This document shows, piece by piece, positions 35,907 through 46,222 of a DNA stretch of 64,000 nucleotides. The stretch comes from Myxococcota bacterium (lineage in GTDB: Bacteria; Myxococcota_A; UBA9042; PHBI01; JBMYRH01). The position numbers were made by a program, and so were the translations under genes. Within the stretch, counting starts at the first letter, position 1, and each line of letters begins with the position of its first letter. Below the pieces are notes generated by a model. That model searched no databases. It was given only the letters and a program-made list of their open reading frames with translations, and was not told where the DNA came from. Location of the stretch: the NCBI GenBank assembly GCA_049602155.1, contig JBMYRH010000002.1, positions 65,108 through 129,107 on the forward strand, in the 5' to 3' direction.

Positions 35907-38900
35907 CTACTGGCATCCCTCTTCATCGGTCTCACCATCGCAGTCATTGTCGAGGGCGTCGTCGCAGGTCTCGATGCTGTGCTCCGGGGCGGAGCCGTCT
36001 GGGTTGGTTGAGCACGTCCCGACGTTGGCGATTCCACACTCGACGATGCCCGCGCCGCAGACCCCGAGCCCCTCGCAGGCCTCGCCAACTGGCAGCCCCT
36101 GGTAGTTGATCCCGTTGTCGATGACGCCGTCACAGTCATCATCCACGCCGTTACACAGCTCTACCTCTGCTGGACCTTGCTCATTGGTGCAGACCAGCCA
36201 GAGCCCTGTAGGGCCGCAGCTCCACGACCCTGTCTGACACTGGTCGAGGTCAGGCCCGTCGCATGGAGCGCCCTTGAGGGGCAGATGCTCATCGGTGTTG
36301 CCATCACAGTCATTGTCTAGCTCATCACACATATCTTCGCTGCTCTGCCACCCCTCCAAGAGCTCGTAGTTGCACATCCAGCTGCCGTTCTCACAGGTGG
36401 TCACGTCGTTGACCCCCGTGCATACGCCGACCGCTGAGCACCCGGCGTCCTCGAGGTTCAACTCGGACAGCTCATCAGTCTCTCCATCGCAGTCGTCGTC
36501 GAGCGCGTTACAGGTCTCTGGCGAGGCCTGGTCACTGCTCCCGCCCTCCCCAGAAGAGCACCCTGGGGTCCCGTCAGGCAGACATTCGACTACCCCGGCT
36601 CCGCAGACGCCCACCGGGGGGCACGTCGCGCCGATCGGCAAATCGTTGAAGGCGAAGCCCTCGTCCGTCAGGCCGTCGCAGTCGTCGTCTACAGCGTTGC
36701 ATGACTCAGCGACGCTCTCGTCGTTGGCTCCACCGGGCCCCGTCGAGCACATCAGGCTGCCGTCACTGGGGTGACATTGGACCACTCCGGGGCCACAGGC
36801 TCCCTCACCGTCGCACGCTGCCCCGAGGGAGTGGCCGTCGAGGGTCAGGGCTTCGTCGGTTAACCCGTCGCAGTCGTTGTCTTGACCGTCGCACGCGAGC
36901 TCCACGATCTGGTGGTCGGGCACCGCGCTGTAGTCACAGACGATCCCTTCACCGTCGCAGAGCACGAGGATGCTCTCTGTTTGGCTACAGACGCCCTCCT
37001 GGAGACACCCTGCGTCGAGAGGAGAGATGTCGAGCTCGTCGGTGACGCCGTCGCAGTCGTCGTCGATGGCGTTGCAGGTCTCTACGAGGTCGGTGCTCGT
37101 CTCGTTCGCGCAGGTCGTCCCGCTGCCATCCGCGAGGCACGTCCATGTCCCCAAGGCACACGAGTCGGTGTCGTCTCCGTCGCAGGCTTCGCCGACGAGC
37201 CACCCCTCATCGGTGACCCCGTCACAGTCGTTGTCGAGCCCGTCGCAGAGGGTCTCTTCAAGCTGCCACTGTGGGACTGAGTCGAAGTAGCATAACCATT
37301 CACCAGCCTTGCACTCCGCGGCCCCATCGCTGCCCAAGCACACGCCCTGCTGACCGCAGAGGCTATCATTGATCCCCAGTCCTTCGTCGACGTGGCCATC
37401 ACAGTCGTTGTCTGAGCCGTCACACAACTCGGGGCTGGCTTGGTCGTCGACGCCCCCGGGATGGGTAGAGCAGATGGTGTCGTCGATGCCCCAGCACTGC
37501 ACGACGCCGAGTCCACAGGCTCCAATCCCTTCACAGGGTTGGCCAACGGGGAGGCCTTGATAGAAGAAGTTCTCGTCGACCGCCCCATCACAGTCATCGT
37601 CGCCACTGTTGCAGGTCTCGGGTACGGCCTGCGAGAAGGCCCCATCGGCGTGGGTCGAGCAGGTCGTCGCGCCGATGGCGTTGCACTGTACGATGCCTGC
37701 GCCGCAGAGCCCCTCGCCCTCGCAGACGTTGCCGAGCCCGATGCCCTTGTAGTGCACGCCCTCATCGGTCGCGCCGTCGCAGTCGTTATCCAAGGTGTCG
37801 CAGATCTCCGGCACCGAGGTCGGTGACTCGGGGCCGCAGACGAGGCCAGTCCCATCGGCGTTACAGACCATCACCCCAAATTCGCATTGATCACTGTCTG
37901 GTCCATCACAGGGCATGCCGAGGTCGAAGAAGACCTCGTCGATCTCCCCATCACAGTCGTCATCAAGGCCGTTACAGACCTCCTCTGCTTGGAACTTGTC
38001 GTTGATGCACAGCACCTGGACCGTCGAGGTCGCGCTGTCATGCACACACACCCACTCGCCTGGCGCGCACTCGGGGACGTCAGGCCCACAGCTGCCGATC
38101 TGCCCTGTCGGGTTGCCCTCGTCGATCTGACCGTCACAGTCCTCGTCGATATAATTACAGGCCTCTTTGGCCCACGGGTTCACCGTGTGATTCGTGTCGT
38201 TGCAGTCGACCCCCGTATGGAAGCCGTCACCGTCGTTGTCAGACACCGTCTCACAGGGCAAATCACCGCCGATGCAGTCTTGGTCGATGCCGTCGCTGCA
38301 CTTCTCAACCGCCCCAGGGTACGTGTGCGGGTCGGTGTCGTCGCAATCTCCTTGCCCCTCGGTGTAGCCGTCAGCGTCCAAGTCTGTCAGCGCACACGGC
38401 ATGACGATGCCGTCACAGTTGAGGTCGCAGAGTGTGGCACCCGCGGCCCCTAGCGCAGGGTCGCAGCACGGCTCAGGCGCGCCGGGATAGCGGGCAGCAT
38501 CTGTGTCGTCGCAGTCCCCTTCGTCAGCCGTCAGCCCGTCAGCGTCGAGGTCATAGAGTGGGCAAACGAACTCATCGGTGGCGCCGTTGCAGTCGTCATC
38601 GATGCCGTTGCAGGTCTCGTACAGGTTGGTCACCGTCTCATCGCTGCAGACCGTGCCGCTCCCATCGCCCAAGCAGACCCGGGTGCCGTTCGCGCACAGG
38701 TCCATGTCCGGGCCGTCACAGGCTTCTCCTAGTCCAGTGAAGGGCTCATCGATGCCGCCACTGCAGTCGTTGTCGATGCCATCGCACCGCTCGGGCTCGT
38801 AGAGGATCGCCCCCTGGCAGTGAATCGCCGCTCCGAATTGGTAATGCGTACAGACCATCTGACCGGACTGGCAGTACGCGTCACCCGTGCCACACGGCTG

Positions 38901-40562
38901 GCCAGCCTGGGGGTTGCCCTCGTCCGTGAGGCCATCGCAGTCGTTGTCCAAGTTATCGCAGAGCTCGGGCGCCCCCGGGTGGACCGAAGGGTTGCCCTCA
39001 TTGCAGTCCGCGGGAGGGATCCAGTCGTCATTATCCTTGTCGACGGCTGGGTTACAGACGATGTCGCCCCCTTGGCAGTCTTGATCGACACCATCGCCGC
39101 ACTTCTCCGGCGCGCCCGGGTAAATCGTGGCGTCGAGGTCGTTGCAGTCCTCAGGCGGGCAGCTTCCGTCGCCGTCCACGTCACAGCCGGCGCAGGCGAG
39201 GGCGGCGCCATCACAGTTCAAGTCGCAGCTGTCGAGGGACGCGTTAGCTGGGCAGCACGGCTCGGGTGCACCCTGATAGCTCGCGCTATCTGTCGGTGAG
39301 CAGTCGAGGTCATTAGGGACGCCATCACCGTCCCAGTCTAAGGAGTCGCAGTCCTCGTTGACCTGACCGTCGCAGTCGTTGTCCACGTTGTCCGCGCAGG
39401 TCTCGGCAGTCGCCAAGCCCAGCGTCGAACAAGTCGCTGTCCCGTCGGCGTTGCAGATAACCTCGCCGCCTTCACACTGGCCAACCCCGCAGAGTGAACC
39501 AAAGGCCAGCTGTTTGCCGTTCTCGATGTAGTAGGGCTGCTCGTCGATGAAGCCGTCGCAGTCGTTGTCGATGCCATCGCACAGCTCTGCAGTCGGGGGA
39601 TTGGCGCTGCACTTGGACCAGCCATCGAGCTGGCAGATCATGACGCCCGTGCACAGTCCGTCTGGGCCCTGGTTTTCACAGCCCAACGTGGCCCCCAAGA
39701 GGCCCTCGGAGCAGCTGCAGGACTGGGTCCACGGCATGCACTGGCCGTCATCCCCACAGTCAAAGCCCGTCGGGCAGTCACTGTTGCCGCCGCACGGGGC
39801 CCCGCAGAAGCGCTCTCCTTGTGCGTTCTCAAGGCACGCGGCGCCGAGGGTCGGGCAGTCAGCGTCTTGAGTGCAGGGGGTGCAGACACCTTCAGGGAAG
39901 TTGGCGCAGGCCGCACTCCCGTCGCCTTGTGGGAGGCAGATGAGCCCTGGTGCACATACGCCCGTACATGGGTCGTTCAGTTCAGGGAACTCCGACGCCA
40001 CAGCGTCTGCATCATCGGCGCTCTCGGTGTCCTCGACGTCCACCGCTACTTCGTCAGCGTCCGAGGTTCCCTCGTCGGTCGCATCGATGTCACCGGGGTC
40101 GTCCTCGACCTCTGTGTCGAGCGCCACATCGTCATCGGTCGACGCACTGTCAGAGTCCGCGTCGACATCGGCGGTGGCCGTGACGTCGTCGGTGACGTCC
40201 TGCGCCTCAACGTCTGATCCCATGTCACCGTCGACCGGCTGAAGAGTGTCCTCGGGTGCATCCGCGATGTCCGTCGCGGTCGTGATGTCCGCTGGGCTCC
40301 AGACTTCGGTCTGCGTGTCTGGGCTCTCTACATCCTGGGTGGTCGTCTCGGTGTCGCCCTCAGCCGATGCGTCGAAGTCGGCGCCCTCGCTGCTTTGACA
40401 GAGACCTGCCACACAGAGCAATGGCGGCGTGCATTGCTCATCGCTGATGCACGCCTCCCCCTGACCGACTTGGTTCATCGTGATGCGTGTACAGCTGCTC
40501 AGCCCCATCAGGAGGACGAGTGACAGCGACGGGGTTAGGGCCAAAAGCCTTCGTGAGAGCAT
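35907..40562 (-). CDS. Giant (1551 aa) secreted lipoprotein with an acidic N-terminal region and about 18 tandem MopE/LDL-receptor-A-like Cys-rich modules
   Basis: The signal/lipobox is LLMGLSSCTR. An acidic D/E/T-rich linker follows. The repeated modules are CDG(I/L)DNDCDGxxDE ... C..G.C......C. A 10-nt gap separates it from the upstream gene 40573..43788, which is probably co-transcribed. Confidence 0.8.
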   Translation of the reverse strand: MLSRRLLALTPSLSLVLLMGLSSCTRITMNQVGQGEACISDEQCTPPLLCVAGLCQSSEGADFDASAEGDTETTTQDVESPDTQTEVWSPADITTATDIADAPEDTLQPVDGDMGSDVEAQDVTDDVTATADVDADSDSASTDDDVALDTEVEDDPGDIDATDEGTSDADEVAVDVEDTESADDADAVASEFPELNDPCTGVCAPGLICLPQGDGSAACANFPEGVCTPCTQDADCPTLGAACLENAQGERFCGAPCGGNSDCPTGFDCGDDGQCMPWTQSCSCSEGLLGATLGCENQGPDGLCTGVMICQLDGWSKCSANPPTAELCDGIDNDCDGFIDEQPYYIENGKQLAFGSLCGVGQCEGGEVICNADGTATCSTLGLATAETCADNVDNDCDGQVNEDCDSLDWDGDGVPNDLDCSPTDSASYQGAPEPCCPANASLDSCDLNCDGAALACAGCDVDGDGSCPPEDCNDLDATIYPGAPEKCGDGVDQDCQGGDIVCNPAVDKDNDDWIPPADCNEGNPSVHPGAPELCDNLDNDCDGLTDEGNPQAGQPCGTGDAYCQSGQMVCTHYQFGAAIHCQGAILYEPERCDGIDNDCSGGIDEPFTGLGEACDGPDMDLCANGTRVCLGDGSGTVCSDETVTNLYETCNGIDDDCNGATDEFVCPLYDLDADGLTADEGDCDDTDAARYPGAPEPCCDPALGAAGATLCDLNCDGIVMPCALTDLDADGYTEGQGDCDDTDPHTYPGAVEKCSDGIDQDCIGGDLPCETVSDNDGDGFHTGVDCNDTNHTVNPWAKEACNYIDEDCDGQIDEGNPTGQIGSCGPDVPECAPGEWVCVHDSATSTVQVLCINDKFQAEEVCNGLDDDCDGEIDEVFFDLGMPCDGPDSDQCEFGVMVCNADGTGLVCGPESPTSVPEICDTLDNDCDGATDEGVHYKGIGLGNVCEGEGLCGAGIVQCNAIGATTCSTHADGAFSQAVPETCNSGDDDCDGAVDENFFYQGLPVGQPCEGIGACGLGVVQCWGIDDTICSTHPGGVDDQASPELCDGSDNDCDGHVDEGLGINDSLCGQQGVCLGSDGAAECKAGEWLCYFDSVPQWQLEETLCDGLDNDCDGVTDEGWLVGEACDGDDTDSCALGTWTCLADGSGTTCANETSTDLVETCNAIDDDCDGVTDELDISPLDAGCLQEGVCSQTESILVLCDGEGIVCDYSAVPDHQIVELACDGQDNDCDGLTDEALTLDGHSLGAACDGEGACGPGVVQCHPSDGSLMCSTGPGGANDESVAESCNAVDDDCDGLTDEGFAFNDLPIGATCPPVGVCGAGVVECLPDGTPGCSSGEGGSSDQASPETCNALDDDCDGETDELSELNLEDAGCSAVGVCTGVNDVTTCENGSWMCNYELLEGWQSSEDMCDELDNDCDGNTDEHLPLKGAPCDGPDLDQCQTGSWSCGPTGLWLVCTNEQGPAEVELCNGVDDDCDGVIDNGINYQGLPVGEACEGLGVCGAGIVECGIANVGTCSTNPDGSAPEHSIETCDDALDNDCDGETDEEGCQ
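35930..39600 (-). repeat. Array of about 18 tandem coding repeats (CDGxDNDCDGxTDE modules)
   Basis: Motif reiteration is visible in the translation. Confidence 0.75.
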
Positions 40563-40572
40563 TAACAGCGCG

Positions 40573-43500
40573 CTACTCGCAGTCTTCGATCGGTTGTGTC
40601 ATGCAACTCCCGACCACACACACGCCATCGAGGCAGGGGTCGTCTGTTGCACAGGGGTAGTTGGCCAGCACTTCGATGTCATCCAGGCGGATGTCGACCG
40701 CGCTCGCAGTCTCGGCCGCGAGGGACGCTTCGAACTGAGCGATCACAGGCCCGGCTTGGGGGGTCATGGGCAAGTCGAACTGTGTCCAATCTGCGGTCGA
40801 TTCACAGGCCACGGTCAACAGCGTTTGCCCGACGGTCACGGTCAACGTGTCATCGTCACAGCCCTCGTCTCCCACGGCCATGGAGAGCATAAAGCGGAGC
40901 GTCGCGCCGTCCGCAGGGATGTGGAACTCGGGGGTCTTCAAGCGCAAGACAACGGGCTCATCGACCCAGTCACTGGGGCCGGTAATGGCGACCGCGCTAG
41001 GGGCGGAGCTCGAGGAGGCCGTGTTGGCAGACCATGACCAGGCCGGGGCGCTCGTCTCTTGTGTCCAGCCCGGCGGGATGCCGAGGGACGTGATCCCATC
41101 AAAGTCGTCTCCGATGAGGACCTGCCCGTCATGCAGAGGCTCCGCCCAACACTCGCCCTCTTGGCACATGCCCATGGCGCAAGGGTTGCCTGTGTCGCAG
41201 ACCTTGGGTGTCCCCGTGCAGACCCCTTCGCTGCAGGCATCGTCGACCGTGCATAGGTCGCCGTCATCGCAGGCTTCGTTGTGAGCCGGGAACTGACAAC
41301 CGACCTCGCTGTTGCAGAGGTCGGAGGTGCAAGGATCGTCGTCATGGCACACCAGCGCTTGACCGACGCAGACGCCCTCGGAGCATTGGCCATCGGTGCT
41401 GCATGCATCACCGGTGTCACACGCCCCCTCGATGAAGATGGCCTCGCAGATACCGTCAACACATGAGGGCACTGCGCAGGGACCTAGGTAAGGGCAGTCG
41501 GATGCGATGTCACAGACGCAGACGTCTTGCGGGATGTTCACGCACCCCGTGTCGGGGGAGCACGCGTCCGCCGTGCAGGGGTCATCGTCGTCGCAGGCTA
41601 CCTCGGCCAGTTCGCATGAACCCTCTTGGCAGGTCTCGCCAGTGGTACAGATGTCGCTGTCGATGCACGAGAAGAGCGCGTCGATCTCGACGGCGTCGAT
41701 GGCCGCTCCGAACCCTCCGTTTTGCGTGTCATTCGCGATGAATCGGAAGGCGAGTTGCACGCGCAGGTTTCGGTAGGCAGAGAGGTCGACCACTTGGTCT
41801 GTCCACTCCGTCTGAGTCTGACAGACGAGCTGGAGCGGGGTGAAGATCCCGTAGGCCTGAATGCCCACCTGCAGTGCATCGGTGCCGCAGCCTGACTGGG
41901 CGAGGGCGGTGCGGACCTTGTAGCGCAGCTCAAGCTGCTCTCCGTAGACATGGAACCACGGGGAGCGGAGCCACGCCTCGACCGGGCCGTCGTAGTTGCC
42001 ATTGGGGCCTGTGACGACCATCCCGAGTCCGCCCTCTCCAGCGGCATACGCGCCACTGGGCTCCCAGATGATGTCCGGGTTGTCAGTCTCTGTGGTCCAG
42101 CCCTCCGGGTAGCCTTGATCGAAGGTGGCCTCCAAGAGCTGCTCACCTTCATCGAGCAGCTTGGTATAACAGCCGGTGTCCGTGCAGAGGTTGGCGGTGC
42201 ACGGGTTGCCGTCTTCGCAATCGACCGGGGTCGTCGCGCAGCTTCCATCGAAGCAGAAGCCGTCCACAGAGCATGGATCATCGTCGTCGCATTGGAGTCC
42301 ATCTTGCTGCTCCACCAGCGCGCATTCGCCCGTCTCTGAGACACAGATGTTCTGCATGCATGGGTGTCCGCTCTCTTCGCACGCGGGTACGCTCGTCATG
42401 TCGGGCGTACAGACGATTGGGAACACATCCACGCCGCAGTAGTAGTCTGGCGAGCACGGGTCATCGTTGTTGTAGGCCGCGCAGTCATCATCAACCTCGC
42501 ACTCACAGATGGAGGGCCCAGCTGTACATGCCCCACTCAGGCAGAAGTCAGCGTCAGTGCAGGGGTCCTCTAAGCTGCAGGGGCTTAGGTCGAGCACGGC
42601 CACAGACGCACACTTACCTGTGCTGCTCACGCACTGGTCGTCGGTGCAGGCGTTGTCGTCATTGCAGTCTTTCGGGGTCCCCGTGCACACACCTTCGACG
42701 CAGGCGTCGTCGATGGTGCATGGCTGCAAGTCGTTGCAGGTGCCCTCGACGGGTGCAAACACACACCCGCCTGTCTCGGCATCGCAGGTCCCCTCAGTGC
42801 ACGTATTGTCATCGACGCAGCTCACAGGGGTGCCAAAGCAAGAGCCATCCGCGAGGCAGGCGTCGCCCGTGGTGCACGCATCAGCATCGTCGCATGATGC
42901 ACCTTGGTCGACCTCGTGGACGCAGCCCCCGGCGTCTCGATCGCAGCTGTCGATCGTGCATGGATCGCCGTCATCACAGTCGATCTCGGGCCCGAGACAG
43001 GCGCCAGCGTCATCGCATTGCCCGGCGTCAACACAAGGATCGTCGGCGGCTGTACAGTCGGCGCCGTTGTTGATGGGCGCCGCGAGACACTCTCCACTCT
43101 CAGGGATGCATTCACCGACGGTGCAGTCTGAGTTTAATGCGTCGGGGCAGATGACGGTCTTCGTGACATCGAAGGCACAGGTGTAGTCGCCTTGGCATGC
43201 GAAGAGGCCCTCGCAACGGTCCTCCGGGTTGAGCCCCTCACAGTCGTCATCAGCGGTGCACTCACAGGCGTCGGTGGGGGCACCGACGCACAGTCCGGTC
43301 GCATCGCAGCTGTCCTCTTCCGTGCAGCCAAGGCCGTCATCGCAGGAGTTCCCCACCGCGATAGGGTAGTCACAGGCCCCTGTCTCCGGGACACAGAGGT
43401 CTGCCGTGCAGGGGTCTTCGTCGTCGCAGTCTCGCGCGACACCGCTGCAGCCGCCGTTGTTGCAGACGTCACCCGTCGTGCAGAGCAGACCATCGTCACA

Positions 43501-43788
43501 GGTGGCGCCATTGAAGCTCGCGCCATCGTAGCGGCATTGCCCCTCTGTACAGCTAATGGTGAGGCATTCCCCTGCCAAGTAATCGTAGTCGCTTAGCTTA
43601 TCCACACAGTCTTGTTGAGCCGTGCACTCATCGACGGCGACTTGGTTATTGGAGGCGCCCGAGCCGTTGCCCCACCCGGGGTCCTGGGTAGGCTCGTCTG
43701 CGCCACAGCCGGCGAAGAGCACGGTCAAGACCGCAACCCTGGCCAGGGTTGATGCGGTGTGGCTCAATACCCGCCGGACGCTGAACAT
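40573..43788 (-). CDS. Giant (about 1070 aa) secreted lipoprotein with CTxDxC-type cysteine-rich repeats and two MAM/galactose-binding-like beta-sandwich inserts
   Basis: The lipobox is VLFAGCGADE. Dozens of motifs like CDDGDPCTIDSCD..GGC, CNDDNACTDDQC and DDDPCTADAC occur. There are two Cys-poor inserts of about 140 aa, EGWTTETDNPDIIWEPS...LRYKV... and PGWTQETSAPAWSWS...LRFML.... The ORF track starts at 43872; the signal peptide begins at Met near 43788. Confidence 0.7.
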   Translation of the reverse strand: MFSVRRVLSHTASTLARVAVLTVLFAGCGADEPTQDPGWGNGSGASNNQVAVDECTAQQDCVDKLSDYDYLAGECLTISCTEGQCRYDGASFNGATCDDGLLCTTGDVCNNGGCSGVARDCDDEDPCTADLCVPETGACDYPIAVGNSCDDGLGCTEEDSCDATGLCVGAPTDACECTADDDCEGLNPEDRCEGLFACQGDYTCAFDVTKTVICPDALNSDCTVGECIPESGECLAAPINNGADCTAADDPCVDAGQCDDAGACLGPEIDCDDGDPCTIDSCDRDAGGCVHEVDQGASCDDADACTTGDACLADGSCFGTPVSCVDDNTCTEGTCDAETGGCVFAPVEGTCNDLQPCTIDDACVEGVCTGTPKDCNDDNACTDDQCVSSTGKCASVAVLDLSPCSLEDPCTDADFCLSGACTAGPSICECEVDDDCAAYNNDDPCSPDYYCGVDVFPIVCTPDMTSVPACEESGHPCMQNICVSETGECALVEQQDGLQCDDDDPCSVDGFCFDGSCATTPVDCEDGNPCTANLCTDTGCYTKLLDEGEQLLEATFDQGYPEGWTTETDNPDIIWEPSGAYAAGEGGLGMVVTGPNGNYDGPVEAWLRSPWFHVYGEQLELRYKVRTALAQSGCGTDALQVGIQAYGIFTPLQLVCQTQTEWTDQVVDLSAYRNLRVQLAFRFIANDTQNGGFGAAIDAVEIDALFSCIDSDICTTGETCQEGSCELAEVACDDDDPCTADACSPDTGCVNIPQDVCVCDIASDCPYLGPCAVPSCVDGICEAIFIEGACDTGDACSTDGQCSEGVCVGQALVCHDDDPCTSDLCNSEVGCQFPAHNEACDDGDLCTVDDACSEGVCTGTPKVCDTGNPCAMGMCQEGECWAEPLHDGQVLIGDDFDGITSLGIPPGWTQETSAPAWSWSANTASSSSAPSAVAITGPSDWVDEPVVLRLKTPEFHIPADGATLRFMLSMAVGDEGCDDDTLTVTVGQTLLTVACESTADWTQFDLPMTPQAGPVIAQFEASLAAETASAVDIRLDDIEVLANYPCATDDPCLDGVCVVGSCMTQPIEDCE

Positions 43789-43857
43789 CCCTGGTGGCGA
43801 GCTTAAATGGAGAGATCTGTCCGACGTTTCACTCATAGCTTGAGTGTACCCAGCCGC

Positions 43858-44985
43858 ATGAAAACCGGTCAAAGGGTCATCGCTTACGACGCAACTCTAA
43901 TGCTGTGGTTGTGCGTCTCGCTGTGCCTCGGTGGATGCGCGCCATCGCCTGTAGCACCCGAGATTCCAGGTCAGGCGTTGGCGCCGCTGAGCCTCGGAAC
44001 AGCTGCACTGCTTCCCTCTGCAGCGGTCTCGGAGCCGCCGGCGATGCGGACGGAAGAGGGGGCGCTCGATCAGACAAAGAGTTTCTCGCTCGGGACGACC
44101 TCACACGGTCGATTGATGCACGGGATCCCGCTGCCTGAGGATCACCCGTCGCTTCGCCCGCGCCCCGTCTCGCAGCGCCGAAGGGCGGTCCACGGCACCC
44201 GTGACCTGATCCGGGTCCTCGAGCGGGTCGCGACCCGCGTGGCGAGAGACTGGCCCGGGAGCCTGCTCTTCGCTGGTGATGTCAGCGCCGAGGAGGGGGG
44301 CGATATCCCACACCACGTCAGCCACAACTCAGGGCGAGATGTGGACCTCGCGTTCTACATGCGGGGCGCAGGTGGACGGATTCAGGACAGCGCCGCGTTC
44401 CTGAGGGTCGCCGCCGATGGTCGGGCGACGAACGGGCAGGCGATCTTTGATGTGCCGCGCAACTGGGCGTTGGTCGAAGGCCTCGTGAGGGATCCACACG
44501 TCCAGGTCCAGTGGATCTTCGTGGCACAGCACCTGAAGGACCGCCTCATTGAGCACGGCCTTCAGCGTGGCGCCGACGCTCTCGTGGTCGACCGGGCGCG
44601 GCGGGTGCTTCTTCAGCCCAGGGGGGCAGCCCCTCATGATGATCACTTCCACGTCCGCATCTACTGCAGTGAGCATGAGCGCCTACAGGGCTGCTTGAAT
44701 AATGGATCGATTCATCACTGGGTCGACGCTTTCGACAAGGCCTTAGCGACCCGAATTGGCCACGTGCTGCCCTTCTTAGAGAGCCCGAGTCGAGAGGAGA
44801 TCACCTACGCCATTACGCAGATCGTTCGGGTCCGCGCACGCCAAGCGGCGCCTCATATTGAGCCGCTAAAACGGCATAACGACCCCGCCATCGCGCAGCT
44901 GGCGACGGACGCCTACAGCTTCCTCACCGGAGCGAGTACGCCACCGCAGTGGTCGCACCTCACCGAAGAGGATGTGTGGGAGTAG
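43858..44985 (+). CDS. mepA: MepA-like penicillin-insensitive murein endopeptidase (peptidase M74) lipoprotein
   Basis: Zn-ligand-like motifs HHVSHNSGRDVDLAF and HDDHFHVRIYC (DHxHV) are present, with a signal peptide and lipobox (LCLGGCAPS). It is divergent from the giant Cys-rich operon. Confidence 0.6.
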   Translation: MKTGQRVIAYDATLMLWLCVSLCLGGCAPSPVAPEIPGQALAPLSLGTAALLPSAAVSEPPAMRTEEGALDQTKSFSLGTTSHGRLMHGIPLPEDHPSLRPRPVSQRRRAVHGTRDLIRVLERVATRVARDWPGSLLFAGDVSAEEGGDIPHHVSHNSGRDVDLAFYMRGAGGRIQDSAAFLRVAADGRATNGQAIFDVPRNWALVEGLVRDPHVQVQWIFVAQHLKDRLIEHGLQRGADALVVDRARRVLLQPRGAAPHDDHFHVRIYCSEHERLQGCLNNGSIHHWVDAFDKALATRIGHVLPFLESPSREEITYAITQIVRVRARQAAPHIEPLKRHNDPAIAQLATDAYSFLTGASTPPQWSHLTEEDVWE

Positions 44986-45019
44986 GGAGTCGGGTGGCGC
45001 GACGCCACCCAGCCCAGCG

Positions 45020-46222
45020 CTACTTCTTCTCCGCAGCGGGACCACAGTCACGCTTGGCGATCTCTTCCTGCTTCGTCTTCCACCACTCAGCGTGCTCGCC
45101 CCGGGTCAAGACCTCTTGTGCCGCTTGGAAGTCCGCAGAGGTCTTGATGCGGTTGCGCATCAGGAGCATCTCGAAGTTCTCGTGGCTTGAGGCCGCCTGG
45201 AGGGTCGGCAGCTCGTGGAGCTTCATCAAGCAGTGGATATCGCCCATTGCGTTGGCGAAGTTCTCTTTGATGGTCTCAGGCTTTGGCACCAAGTCCAGCC
45301 CGGACCAGTCGATGATTCGGTTACCAGGTCCAATGCGTTGCCAGTTGTCTTGGCGCCACGTCTTCTTCTGGGGGTGGTAACCCTCGCGGGTGAACTCCAG
45401 CTCGTACTCGTAGCTGTAGACCTTGTTGACCGAGCCATTCTCGCCTTTCTCGGCCTCAAAGATGGGGAGGTTCAAGAGCGGGAGTCGCTCAATGGTCTGC
45501 CCCTCAGTGAGCTTGGCGGTCTCGTTAGGCATGTCCTTGCGGCCGACCTCTTTGCGGTCTGCCAACTCCTTGCGCCAAGACTCACCCTCTTGGAAGTAAG
45601 TGACCTGGGAGACCTTCACCGTCGAATCCGCGGGGAAGTACGTCAGGGTGACGTCGCCGTAGATGTTCCGCGCTCGACGATCCTCGTCGCGCCACTGCTT
45701 CTTCAAGCGGAGGACCTCTGCGGTCTTGTACTCGACGATGTTGCCATCGACGAACGCCTGAAGCTCTTGGGAGCGGCTCTCGCTCGCCCCGATCAGGAGC
45801 AGGTGACCGAGAATACCGACCACGGCGACGGTCATCACCATGAGCGCGATCTTGTTATGACCGGTGCCACCGTAGGGTGCCTCAGGCTCCCAGTTAGCGA
45901 TCTCTTTCTCGTCGACCGGGTGTCCCTCGAAGATGCCCTCAGCGTGGGGGCTGATCCAGACGACGGGCTCGCCCTCGTCCTTGGACTTACCTTTCGAGCG
46001 TGGCGGTGCGGGGGCGGCGGGTGCCTCCTCCACAGCGGTCTCTTCGGCAGGTGCAGCCTCGGCTTCTTCGGCAGGTGCAGCTTCGGCTTCTTCGGCAGGT
46101 GCTGCCTCGACCTCAGGTGCGTCAGCGACGGTAGCGTCGTCGTCTTCCGTTTCGATGAAGTCGGGGAGGGCCTCGTCTTCGGAGCCCGTGTTGGTCCCGT
46201 CGTTCTTGTCGTCTGTGGACAT
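45020..46222 (-). CDS. Hypothetical membrane-anchored protein with an acidic AEEAEAAP repeat region
   Basis: The acidic N-terminus has 3x AEEAEAAP, then a single TM (IALMVMTVAVVGILGHLLLIG), then a 270 aa domain of unknown function. The start may be 46279 or 46222. Confidence 0.4.
   Translation of the reverse strand: MSTDDKNDGTNTGSEDEALPDFIETEDDDATVADAPEVEAAPAEEAEAAPAEEAEAAPAEETAVEEAPAAPAPPRSKGKSKDEGEPVVWISPHAEGIFEGHPVDEKEIANWEPEAPYGGTGHNKIALMVMTVAVVGILGHLLLIGASESRSQELQAFVDGNIVEYKTAEVLRLKKQWRDEDRRARNIYGDVTLTYFPADSTVKVSQVTYFQEGESWRKELADRKEVGRKDMPNETAKLTEGQTIERLPLLNLPIFEAEKGENGSVNKVYSYEYELEFTREGYHPQKKTWRQDNWQRIGPGNRIIDWSGLDLVPKPETIKENFANAMGDIHCLMKLHELPTLQAASSHENFEMLLMRNRIKTSADFQAAQEVLTRGEHAEWWKTKQEEIAKRDCGPAAEKK
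46042..46113 (-). repeat. 3 x 24-bp tandem repeat (encodes AEEAEAAP x3)
   Basis: The plus strand reads cttcggcaggtgcagcctcggctt / cttcggcaggtgcagcttcggctt / cttcggcaggtgctgcctcgacct. Confidence 0.8.
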
